Positions 53,846-61,833 of a stretch of DNA of 64,000 nucleotides are shown here, piece after piece. This stretch comes from Capsulimonadaceae bacterium. Its GTDB lineage: Bacteria; Armatimonadota; Armatimonadia; Armatimonadales; Capsulimonadaceae. The notes beneath the pieces are model-generated. The model saw nothing but the letters and a program-made list of their open reading frames with translations, had not been told where the DNA came from and searched no databases. A program made the position numbers and the translations under genes. Each line of letters opens with the position of its first letter. The first letter of the stretch is position 1. Location: contig OZ244065.1 of assembly GCA_965215505.1 (NCBI GenBank), forward strand, positions 5,664,001-5,728,000. The letters are read 5' to 3'.

Positions 53846-55096
53846 ATGACAGCCACGAATTATGCGACCGATACCGACGCTTACGACGTGCGGCGCGTCC
53901 GGCAGGATTTCCCGATCCTGCGCCAGACCGTGCATGGCAAGCCCCTGGTCTACCTGGACAACGCCAACACGACCCAGAAGCCGACCCAGGTTCTGGACGC
54001 CATCTCGGAATACTATGCCGAGTACAATGCCAACATCCATCGGGCCACCCACCTCCTGAGCGAGAAGGCGACGCGCGGCTATGAAGGCGCGCGCGTCAAG
54101 GTCAAGAACTTCCTGAACGCCGCCGACGCCCACGAGATCATCTACGTCCGCAACGCCACCGAGGGCGTCAACCTCGTCGCGCAGACGTGGGGCCGCAAGA
54201 ACATCAAGGAAGGCGACGAGATCATCGTCTCCGAGATGGAACACCACTGTAACATCGTCCCCTGGCAGATGCTCTGCGAGGAGAAGGGTGCCATTCTCCG
54301 GGTCATCCCGATCAGCGACGACGGTGAGCTTCTGCTGGACGAGTACGCGAAGCTGCTCAACGAGCGCACAAAGTTCGTCGGCATCGTCCATATGTCGAAC
54401 GCGCTCGGCACGATCAACCCGGTCAAGCAGGTCATTGATCTGGCACACGCGCAAGGCGTCCCCGTCCTGGTGGATGCTGCCCAGTCGGCCTACCACGTCC
54501 CGATTGACGTTCAGGAACTCGACTGCGACTTCCTGGTGTTCTCAGGACATAAGCTGTATGGCCCCACCGGCATCGGCATCCTGTATGGCAAGCGGTCCTT
54601 TTTGGAGGCCATGCCGCCCTGGCAGGGTGGGGGGGACATGATCCTGACCGTCTCGTTCACGAAGACCGCTTACAACGAGATTCCTTACAAGTTCGAGGCC
54701 GGCACGCCGCACATCGCCGGGGCCATCGGATTGGGCGCGGCGGTTGACTATCTGACCGCCCTCGGTATGGATAACCTGGCCGCCTACGAGCACGAACTGA
54801 CGCGGTACGGCGAGGAGGCACTGGCCCAGGTGCCCGGCCTGCGGATGATTGGGACCGCCCGCGACAAGGCCAGCGTCTTCTCGTTCACCCTGGGCGACAT
54901 CCACCCGCACGACATCGGGACGATCCTGGACGGAGAGGGCATCGCCATCCGCACCGGCCAGCACTGTGCCCACCCGGTCATGCAGCGGTTCGGCGTCCCC
55001 GCCACCGCCCGCGCGTCCCTGGCCCTTTACAACACGCGGGACGAGATAGACGCGCTCGTCCAGGGCCTGCACACGGTCATCGAGGTATTCGGCTAG
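53846..55096 (+). CDS. sufS: Cysteine desulfurase SufS
   Basis: LVYLDNA, FSGHKLYGPTGIG, FEAGTP, IRTGQHCA.P. Confidence 0.97.
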   Translation: MTATNYATDTDAYDVRRVRQDFPILRQTVHGKPLVYLDNANTTQKPTQVLDAISEYYAEYNANIHRATHLLSEKATRGYEGARVKVKNFLNAADAHEIIYVRNATEGVNLVAQTWGRKNIKEGDEIIVSEMEHHCNIVPWQMLCEEKGAILRVIPISDDGELLLDEYAKLLNERTKFVGIVHMSNALGTINPVKQVIDLAHAQGVPVLVDAAQSAYHVPIDVQELDCDFLVFSGHKLYGPTGIGILYGKRSFLEAMPPWQGGGDMILTVSFTKTAYNEIPYKFEAGTPHIAGAIGLGAAVDYLTALGMDNLAAYEHELTRYGEEALAQVPGLRMIGTARDKASVFSFTLGDIHPHDIGTILDGEGIAIRTGQHCAHPVMQRFGVPATARASLALYNTRDEIDALVQGLHTVIEVFG

Positions 55097-55111
55097 GGGG
55101 TTATTGGGGCA

Positions 55112-55564
55112 ATGTCCGACCTGAGAGAACTCTACCAGGAAGTCATCCTGGACCACAACAAGAAGCCGCGCAACTTCGGCGTGCTGGAAGACGCCACGCA
55201 GGTCGCGCAGGGCCACAACCCCCTGTGCGGCGACAACGTCACCGTCTACCTGCATGTCGAGGACGACACCATCAAGGACATCAGCTTCAACGGCTCCGGC
55301 TGTGCCATCTCTAAGGCTTCCGCGTCGCTGATGACCGGCGAGCTGAAGGGCAAGACCGTGGCCGAGGCCGAGACGCTGTTCCAGTCCTTCCACGATCTGG
55401 TCACAGGGCCCGAGGCCTCCGAGGAGACCTTGGAAGACCTGGGCAAGCTGGCCGTCTTCTCGGGCGTTCGCGACTACCCCGCCCGCGTCAAGTGCGCCTC
55501 GCTGGCCTGGCACACCGTCCATAATGCTTTACAGGGCAAGCCTGAGCCGGCCGTCACGGAGTAA
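55112..55564 (+). CDS. sufU: SufU (NifU-like) sulfur transfer/scaffold protein
   Basis: LYQEVILDH, HNPLCGD, GCAISKASAS, RVKCASLAW. Confidence 0.95.
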   Translation: MSDLRELYQEVILDHNKKPRNFGVLEDATQVAQGHNPLCGDNVTVYLHVEDDTIKDISFNGSGCAISKASASLMTGELKGKTVAEAETLFQSFHDLVTGPEASEETLEDLGKLAVFSGVRDYPARVKCASLAWHTVHNALQGKPEPAVTE

Positions 55565-55571
55565 ATCTACC

Positions 55572-55904
55572 ATGCCCATAGCCGACACGAAAGTCCACCC
55601 GCTGGTCATCGAGGCCGAAGTCATGGAGGCCCTGCGGGACGTCTATGACCCCGAAATTCCCGTCAACATCTACGACCTGGGCCTCATCTACGATGTCAAT
55701 GTAGACGAGTATGGCGTCGTGGACATCGAGATGACCCTGACCTCCCCCGCCTGTCCCGTCGCCGGCTCCCTGCCCGGCGAGGTCGAGCAGAAGGTGCGCG
55801 GCGTCCCCGGCGTCACCGACGTCAGCGTCGAGCTGGTCTGGGAACCCGCCTGGAGCATGGACCGCATGAGCGAGGAAGCCAAGCTCGAACTCGGCTTCTT
55901 CTAA
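55572..55904 (+). CDS. sufT: DUF59/SufT Fe-S assembly protein
   Basis: VYDPEIPVNIYDLGLIY, MTLTSPACPVA, WEPAW..RMSEEA. Confidence 0.92.
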   Translation: MPIADTKVHPLVIEAEVMEALRDVYDPEIPVNIYDLGLIYDVNVDEYGVVDIEMTLTSPACPVAGSLPGEVEQKVRGVPGVTDVSVELVWEPAWSMDRMSEEAKLELGFF

Positions 55905-55917
55905 AGGAACACACACC

Positions 55918-56295
55918 ATGAGCGACACCGCCGTACTGGAACCGAATACCGAGACTTCTGCCAACCCCGTCATTTTGACGCCCGCCGCCGTCGCCCAGGT
56001 CAAGCGCCTGCGCGCCAAAAAGGGCAATGACACACTCAACCTGCGCGTCGGCGTCAAGGGCGGCGGCTGCTCCGGCCTCTCCTACGTCCTCGCCCTGGAA
56101 GAGACCCCGCGCGCCACCGACACCGTCTACGACGTGGACGGCGTGACCGTCCTGGTGGACCCCAAGAGCGCACAGTTTATTCAGGGCATGACCCTGGACT
56201 ACAGCACCGCCAACCTGCTCGAAGGTGGCTGGAAGTACCTCAACCCCAACGTCCAGAAGAGCTGCGGCTGCGGGACCTCGTTCACGCCGAAGTGA
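55918..56295 (+). CDS. A-type Fe-S carrier (SufA/IscA/HesB)
   Basis: GVKGGGCSGLSY, NPN..SCGCGTSF. Confidence 0.95.
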   Translation: MSDTAVLEPNTETSANPVILTPAAVAQVKRLRAKKGNDTLNLRVGVKGGGCSGLSYVLALEETPRATDTVYDVDGVTVLVDPKSAQFIQGMTLDYSTANLLEGGWKYLNPNVQKSCGCGTSFTPK

Positions 56296-56311
56296 TACAC
56301 GCAAAAGCAAG

Positions 56312-56345
56312 AAGGCGGCCCCTCATCACGAGGAGCCGCCTTTTC
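56312..56345. terminator. Terminator of suf operon (between convergent genes)
   Basis: AAGGCGGCCCCTC-atcac-GAGGAGCCGCCTTTT. Confidence 0.8.
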
Positions 56346-56358
56346 CTTTGCCACTTAG

Positions 56359-58728
56359 CTATTTTGCCCCGCCTTTATGCTGGGCCGACGCCGGGGGCTT
56401 CGGGGATGGTCGGAGAGGGGAAGCACTGCTGTAAAGCAGAGACAGGTGGCCGTCCCAGCCGTCCACCACGAAGTCAATGCGGCCGTCTTCGGCGAAGTCG
56501 CCGGGCGCGGCCGTGTGAACGTCGTTCCCCGGCGTCGGGAAGCTCACGCGCGGCATCACCGTTCCGGTCCCGCTGTTGAGGCAGACGCTGAACGAATTCG
56601 TGCCCTGGTTCCCGAAAATGAGGTCAGGCAACCCATCCCCGTTGAGGTCTGCCGTCCGCATCTGACTCGGGTACTGTCCCGCCGGGTAATGGCTGCTGAC
56701 GAAGCTCCCCCGGCCGTCTCCGAGCGCGACGCCCAGGCTGCCCCCCCAGTAGTCCAGCCCGGCGAGGTCGAGATGCCCGTCCCCGTTCAGGTCCAGGGCC
56801 AGCAGTTCGCCGCCGCCCACCTCGGGGCCGGCCTGGGAGGCGTGGAATCCGCCCCGCCCGTCGCCCAGATAGACCAGGGCGTTGCGGGAGTAGAAGGTGC
56901 TGACGACCAGGTCCAGGTTTCCGTCGCCGTCGAAGTCGCCGCAGGCCAGCCCGACCGGATACTGCCCGCCGGGGAGAAAGGTCGCGGGGCCGAAGGTGCC
57001 GTCCCCACGGTTGAGCAGCACCGCCACGTTCGAGGAGTGGTCGCAGGCCGCCGCCAGGTCGAGCGCGCCGTCATGGTTGAAGTCCCCGACCGCGATGGCG
57101 GCGGAGGCCTGTCCGGCGGGGTAGAGGACCGGAGGAGCGAACGTCCGCTGCCCCGCGTTCATCAGGACCCGCAGGGCGTCGCCGCCGCTGATGATGACGT
57201 CTTTCCGTCCGTCCCCCTTCAAGTCGGCGACCGCGATGTGGGACAGGTCCCCCTCCCCCAAGGGGTACGAAACCCGGTCAAACCGCCCATCGCCGCGCCC
57301 ATAGAGAACCATGAGACTGGAGCCGAGGAAGGTCAGAATGTCCTGATGCCCGTCGCCGTCCAGGTCGGCGACCAGCGTGAACGGGTATCCCTTCTCGCCA
57401 GGAAACGTCAGGACCACCGGCGGCTGGAACGACAGCGGGCCGCCGGCCGTGTGCAGCGCAGGCGTCGCCGGCGGAACGTCTTCGATCCGCAGCACGCCCG
57501 ACAGATCGCCCGCTAAAGCCCCGCCCTTCATGACGGCGACGCGGTACGGGACGTCCCGTACCGGCGGGTTGGCTTCGGCGATGCGGATGGTCCGCTCCTG
57601 ATCACCGTCCGCCCGCCCCAGATCCAGCGTGGCAGGGATGCCGTTGAGAAGAACGGGGACCGACTGAAAATCCAGCAGCGGGCCGGACAACAGAGTCCTG
57701 TCCCGGAGCGTGACCGCCGCCCCAGCCGCCGGTGAACGGGCAGGACTCGAAGGGAGACGGATGGACTGGACTTCGCTCAGGGGGACGCGCCGCGTCCCGA
57801 CCGTGATCGTGCGGTCTTTCGTCGTGGCGACGACCGTGCCGCTGCCGCCCGTGATGGTCAGGCGCAGGTCCCGCGGGTTCGGCAGCGGAAGCACGGGGAC
57901 GGCCGTCGCGACATAATCGTGCGGCCCGGCGGCACGCGCGGGCGTGGTCCGCGCGCGGTCCAGGGTCAGCAGCACGCTGTAATCCGCCTCGTGCCCGTTC
58001 CAGGTCACGACCTGGATGTGGAAGGCCATCGCCCGGTGCGCGTCGCGGGCGGTAAGGGTCCCCGGCGAAAGCGTGATCGCCGGCTTCCCCAGCAGCGTCA
58101 GGAGGTGTTCGACTGGGATGGCAAAGTTCAGCGCGGCCCCCGGAATGCCGGCGGCGACGATGCCGATGACTCTGCCCTGGTCGTCGAGTACGGGGCCGCC
58201 CGAGTTGCCTGGGTTGAGCGAGGCATCCAGCTGGATGTCCTGGAGGGCGCTGTGTTCGCGCCGCAGCGCGGTGATGCGGCCGGTGCTGACGCTGATCGTC
58301 GGGTACTGCGCGGTCCCTTCGGCGAGGTCTTTCCCGAACGGGAACCCGAAGGCCGTCACCGGCAGGGTTTCATACAGGCCCGCGTTGTTCGGGGCCAGTG
58401 CGAGCGCCGCCCAGGGGCCGCCGCCGTCGGCTTTGAGCAGGGCCAGGTCCAGAGTTTCGTCGCTGCGGAGGACGGTCGCCTCCACCACCTTCTGACCCGG
58501 CTCCCCGGCGTTCAGGACCAGCTTGACGCGCGCATTGCCGCTGATGACGTGGTGATTCGTGATGAAGTACCCGGCCGCATCAATGCAGAAGGCCGTCCCG
58601 CTGCCGTCCGCCACCTCGACCAGGGCGGTCGCCTCCTTGCCGTGCTGAACGGTCGCCCGTGTGATGTCCGCCCGACTGCCGGAGACAATCATGCCCAGGA
58701 GGAACAGAAGGATGGGGAGCCGAAGCAT
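56359..58728 (-). CDS. Secreted trypsin-like serine protease with FG-GAP/VCBS repeats
   Basis: FITNHHVI, DLALL, GNSGGP triad motifs; about 7 DxxxDGxxD repeats. Confidence 0.88.
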   Translation of the reverse strand: MLRLPILLFLLGMIVSGSRADITRATVQHGKEATALVEVADGSGTAFCIDAAGYFITNHHVISGNARVKLVLNAGEPGQKVVEATVLRSDETLDLALLKADGGGPWAALALAPNNAGLYETLPVTAFGFPFGKDLAEGTAQYPTISVSTGRITALRREHSALQDIQLDASLNPGNSGGPVLDDQGRVIGIVAAGIPGAALNFAIPVEHLLTLLGKPAITLSPGTLTARDAHRAMAFHIQVVTWNGHEADYSVLLTLDRARTTPARAAGPHDYVATAVPVLPLPNPRDLRLTITGGSGTVVATTKDRTITVGTRRVPLSEVQSIRLPSSPARSPAAGAAVTLRDRTLLSGPLLDFQSVPVLLNGIPATLDLGRADGDQERTIRIAEANPPVRDVPYRVAVMKGGALAGDLSGVLRIEDVPPATPALHTAGGPLSFQPPVVLTFPGEKGYPFTLVADLDGDGHQDILTFLGSSLMVLYGRGDGRFDRVSYPLGEGDLSHIAVADLKGDGRKDVIISGGDALRVLMNAGQRTFAPPVLYPAGQASAAIAVGDFNHDGALDLAAACDHSSNVAVLLNRGDGTFGPATFLPGGQYPVGLACGDFDGDGNLDLVVSTFYSRNALVYLGDGRGGFHASQAGPEVGGGELLALDLNGDGHLDLAGLDYWGGSLGVALGDGRGSFVSSHYPAGQYPSQMRTADLNGDGLPDLIFGNQGTNSFSVCLNSGTGTVMPRVSFPTPGNDVHTAAPGDFAEDGRIDFVVDGWDGHLSLLYSSASPLRPSPKPPASAQHKGGAK

Positions 58729-58789
58729 TTGCCGACGTTTCACCTTTAATCCCCTCACGCTTTCTCGCCCCCGACGTCCGACCTTTTGT

Positions 58790-60550
58790 TCATCTCGCGG
58801 CCCCGCCCGTCCCGTACACCTCGACCTCGGAGGTGAACACGAAACTCGCGTTGAAACCCGCCTCTTCCGCGTAATGGTCGGGATAAGTCAGCCGGACGTA
58901 GCGAGCTGTGACCGGCGGGAACCGGTACTGATGCCTCTCCTCGTCGTGCTGCGAGAAGATGTAGCTCCCCACGTCCGTGTACTTCTCACCGTCGGCACTG
59001 ACCGAAACCGTGATCATCCTGGTGGACCCGAACGGCGGCACCCCCACCAGGACCGCGCCGACAGACGCCGGCTGTTCCAGGTCAATCGTCACGCTCTTGG
59101 GGAACGTCGGCTTGTCGTCCGAAGCGAACGTGTGCTGCCCGTCCGCCGTCCACGACCCGTCCGTCAGGCCGCCCGCCCCATAGCCATAGGTGTTGGGGCT
59201 GTCGGTGACGTACTTCTTCCCCAGCGCCAGATCGGGGCCGGTCAGGGGCGGGAGCGCCGGCGTCAGCTCATACCGATGTGCCACGGGCTGGGCGGCGGTA
59301 TGCCGCTCGGCGACCGTCGCCGCCTCCTCGGCGTCCAGGGCCGCCAGCAGCGGTGGCAGTGCGTCTTGGACTGCCGCCGTCTTGTGGCCTTGCAGCGGCA
59401 CCTGAATCGTGCGCCAGCGCGTGTTGTGCTGGTCGTTGTGCCGCGACGTAAGCTCCATGACCTTCCGCGCCTGCCGCGCCATCGGCGTCGCCAGCGGGGC
59501 CAGGTTGATCCCCGACGCGAGCTGTTCCGCCGTGAAGTCGCCGACCTCCTGCCCGTCTATCTTCAGCGTATAGCGGGCGGCCGGCTTCAGGCCGGTCACC
59601 TGGAGCGGCTCCTGGTCAAGCGCCTCCGTGAAATCCGACGACTTCAGCACGAGGGCGACGGCCGGGTCGCCCCACTCGACCGGCAGCGGCAGAGCGCCGT
59701 CCATCTGCGTCCAGGAGATCACCGCCCCTGACTTCAACACGCTGACCTCGGTGTTCGCCGCCTGGACCACGCGGAGGCGGGCGGCATCGATCCGGACGTT
59801 CGTGACCAGCGCGGGCGCGTTCCAGGCTCTCAGCAGCGCCTCGGCCATGACCAGGTGCCCGGCAGGGCTGGGGTGGACCCGGTCCGGGATGATCTTCTGC
59901 GCCAATGTTGGGTCCGCCGCGTTCGCCTGTTGCAGCATGGCGTTCACCGGCGTATTGAAGTCGGCGACCACCTGATGGTCCTTCGCCGCCGTCTCCTGCA
60001 CCCACTGAGCATAGCGCACCAGGACGGCGTTGTATCCGCCGGGGAAGTTACCCGCCCGCGTCACGTCGTCATAGGGCGATGGCTCAATCAGCGTCAGCCG
60101 GACGCCCGGAAGCGCCGCCTGCACCGTGTCCAGGATGTGCGTATAGCCCTGGGTATAGGCATCAAACGTGCCCTGGTCGAAGGCCCGGTAGCCGCCGTCG
60201 TTCATGCCGAGCATGACGGTCACGACGGTCGGTTTGTAAGCAATCACGTCGCGCTGGAGCCGCACGTCAATCGGCCCGCCCCCGCCGCCGCTCACCCGGT
60301 CGCCGCCCCAGCCGGAGTGAACAAACGTGACGCTCTTCTTGGGAAACCGCGTGACGACATAGTTCTCCACCAGTGTCGTGTAAAGCCGCTGCTCGGTGAT
60401 GCTGTCCCCATAAAAGACCACGCGGTCCCCGTCAACAATCTGGAAGGGTTTGGCAGGCTCCTGCGCCCCGGCCGCCCCGGCCAGCGTCAGCAGGGCGGCC
60501 CCGGCGGCCCACCAAGGGGATTTGCGGGAAAATAGATGCATGAGAGGCAT
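58790..60550 (-). CDS. Secreted SGNH/GDSL hydrolase with C-terminal discoidin-like domain
   Basis: FYGDSITE, LGMNDGG, DRVHP; GLTDG, TIDL, ARYVRL, SEVEVY. Confidence 0.88.
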   Translation of the reverse strand: MPLMHLFSRKSPWWAAGAALLTLAGAAGAQEPAKPFQIVDGDRVVFYGDSITEQRLYTTLVENYVVTRFPKKSVTFVHSGWGGDRVSGGGGGPIDVRLQRDVIAYKPTVVTVMLGMNDGGYRAFDQGTFDAYTQGYTHILDTVQAALPGVRLTLIEPSPYDDVTRAGNFPGGYNAVLVRYAQWVQETAAKDHQVVADFNTPVNAMLQQANAADPTLAQKIIPDRVHPSPAGHLVMAEALLRAWNAPALVTNVRIDAARLRVVQAANTEVSVLKSGAVISWTQMDGALPLPVEWGDPAVALVLKSSDFTEALDQEPLQVTGLKPAARYTLKIDGQEVGDFTAEQLASGINLAPLATPMARQARKVMELTSRHNDQHNTRWRTIQVPLQGHKTAAVQDALPPLLAALDAEEAATVAERHTAAQPVAHRYELTPALPPLTGPDLALGKKYVTDSPNTYGYGAGGLTDGSWTADGQHTFASDDKPTFPKSVTIDLEQPASVGAVLVGVPPFGSTRMITVSVSADGEKYTDVGSYIFSQHDEERHQYRFPPVTARYVRLTYPDHYAEEAGFNASFVFTSEVEVYGTGGAAR

Positions 60551-60660
60551 GGAAGTCTCCTGAGAGGTGATGACACGGTCGCGTTAGGACCAGTTTATCA
60601 GAGCAGCGGCGAATTGTCAACGGAGCCGCCCGGCCCATGTTGGCGTCGTGGATACAGACG

Positions 60661-60694
60661 AAAAAGGCGGCCCCTCATGTTGAGGGGCCGCCTT
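60661..60694 (-). terminator. Intrinsic terminator of DUF433-DUF5615 pair
   Basis: AAAAAGGCGGCCCCTCA-tgt-TGAGGGGCCGCCTT. Confidence 0.82.
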
Positions 60695-60699
60695 CTCAA

Positions 60700-61068
60700 T
60701 CAGCGGGCAAATGGCAAGACTCTCGCCCTTAATCGTTTCTCATCAACACTAACAAGTGCCCCTGCTTCCAGCAGCGGCTCGAACTGTCTGAGCGCCGCAA
60801 TCACCAGCGTTTCTATCTGATCTGGTAGAACACCTAGTGTTCGTACCTGGAAGATGCTGGGGCGATCTGCCCCAGAGGCGGCCAGCAAAGCACCGAAATC
60901 TAGATCATGAGTGAACACGACATAGCCGTTCTGACTCGCCCACTCCATGATCTCGCTGTCTTCCGCCTCGGGGCTGCCGATTGACGACCAATGCTCCGCC
61001 TCAAAACCATGTCGTGCAAGGGCAGGAACCCACTCAGCAGGCAGGTTCATGTCAATGACAAGCTTCAT
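60700..61068 (-). CDS. DUF5615 family PIN-like protein (putative toxin)
   Basis: MKLVIDMNL, EDSEIMEWA, VFTHDLDFG, R.RVLP. Confidence 0.88.
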   Translation of the reverse strand: MKLVIDMNLPAEWVPALARHGFEAEHWSSIGSPEAEDSEIMEWASQNGYVVFTHDLDFGALLAASGADRPSIFQVRTLGVLPDQIETLVIAALRQFEPLLEAGALVSVDEKRLRARVLPFAR

Positions 61069-61295
61069 GCGGCCATCAGCGGCATCTCCGACGCCTCTGC
61101 CAGCCAAGCTGCATAGCTTAAGGCCGCCCGGATGTCTTCCGCTTCCAGATAGGGGTAAGCGCGCAAGATCTCCTCAGAGGTCAATCCAGTCGCCACCAAT
61201 CCGACGACCAGACCCACTGTGACGCGCATACCGCGAATGCATGGCTTACCGCCCATGACACGCGGGTTGAGGGTGATGCGATCCGATTGTTCCAT
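61065..61295 (-). CDS. DUF433 family protein (putative antitoxin)
   Basis: RITLNPRVMGGKPCIRGMRVTV, YPYLEAEDIRAALSYAA. Confidence 0.92.
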   Translation of the reverse strand: MEQSDRITLNPRVMGGKPCIRGMRVTVGLVVGLVATGLTSEEILRAYPYLEAEDIRAALSYAAWLAEASEMPLMAA

Positions 61296-61346
61296 GCTGC
61301 GATTGTACCCTATCCGTGGGGTGGGGGAGGCCAGACCGTTTCATCT

Positions 61347-61613
61347 TCATCGCCCGTCGTCCGCCGCCTGCTCCTGCTCCCGGCGGTTCTTGATCTGCGA
61401 CCAGCCCACCAGTAAGAGGCCCGGCATTCCACAGGCAAGCGCCGTCAAGGCTTCCGAACCGTTCAGAAGTGACGTGTAAGCTTGATCGCTCAGGCGCGGC
61501 CTGTGCCAATGATCGTAGTTATACACGAAGGAACTTGCCATGATTGCCCCGAAGAGTGCCGCCGGAACAACGGCAATGCTATAAAGAAACGCCCAAAGGC
61601 AGCCGCTTTTCAT
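61347..61613 (-). CDS. Small hypothetical membrane protein
   Basis: 88 aa with two hydrophobic segments. Confidence 0.5.
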   Translation of the reverse strand: MKSGCLWAFLYSIAVVPAALFGAIMASSFVYNYDHWHRPRLSDQAYTSLLNGSEALTALACGMPGLLLVGWSQIKNRREQEQAADDGR

Positions 61614-61616
61614 CTC

Positions 61617-61705
61617 GTAGGGGCGCCGCTTGCCGCGCCCTCTTTCCTCTGCCCGCGCAGGCGGACACCCGCTCTACCAAAGACCTGGATTTCAATCCAG
61701 GAGTC
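61617..61705. repeat. REP cluster
   Basis: GTAGGGGCGCCGCTTGCCGCGCCCTC (near-copy of 17564), a degenerate inverted copy, and CCTGGATTTCAATCCAGG. Confidence 0.7.
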
Positions 61706-61833
61706 CGTCGTCAGCCGTATCCAACGCCTCCCCCGCTCGGTCGGCCTCATGCGCCCATTATCGGCCATCGCCGCACCTTTGTCAACCGCTGCTATCACCT
61801 ACCAACGGCTTTTCAGGTATAATAACAGACGAA

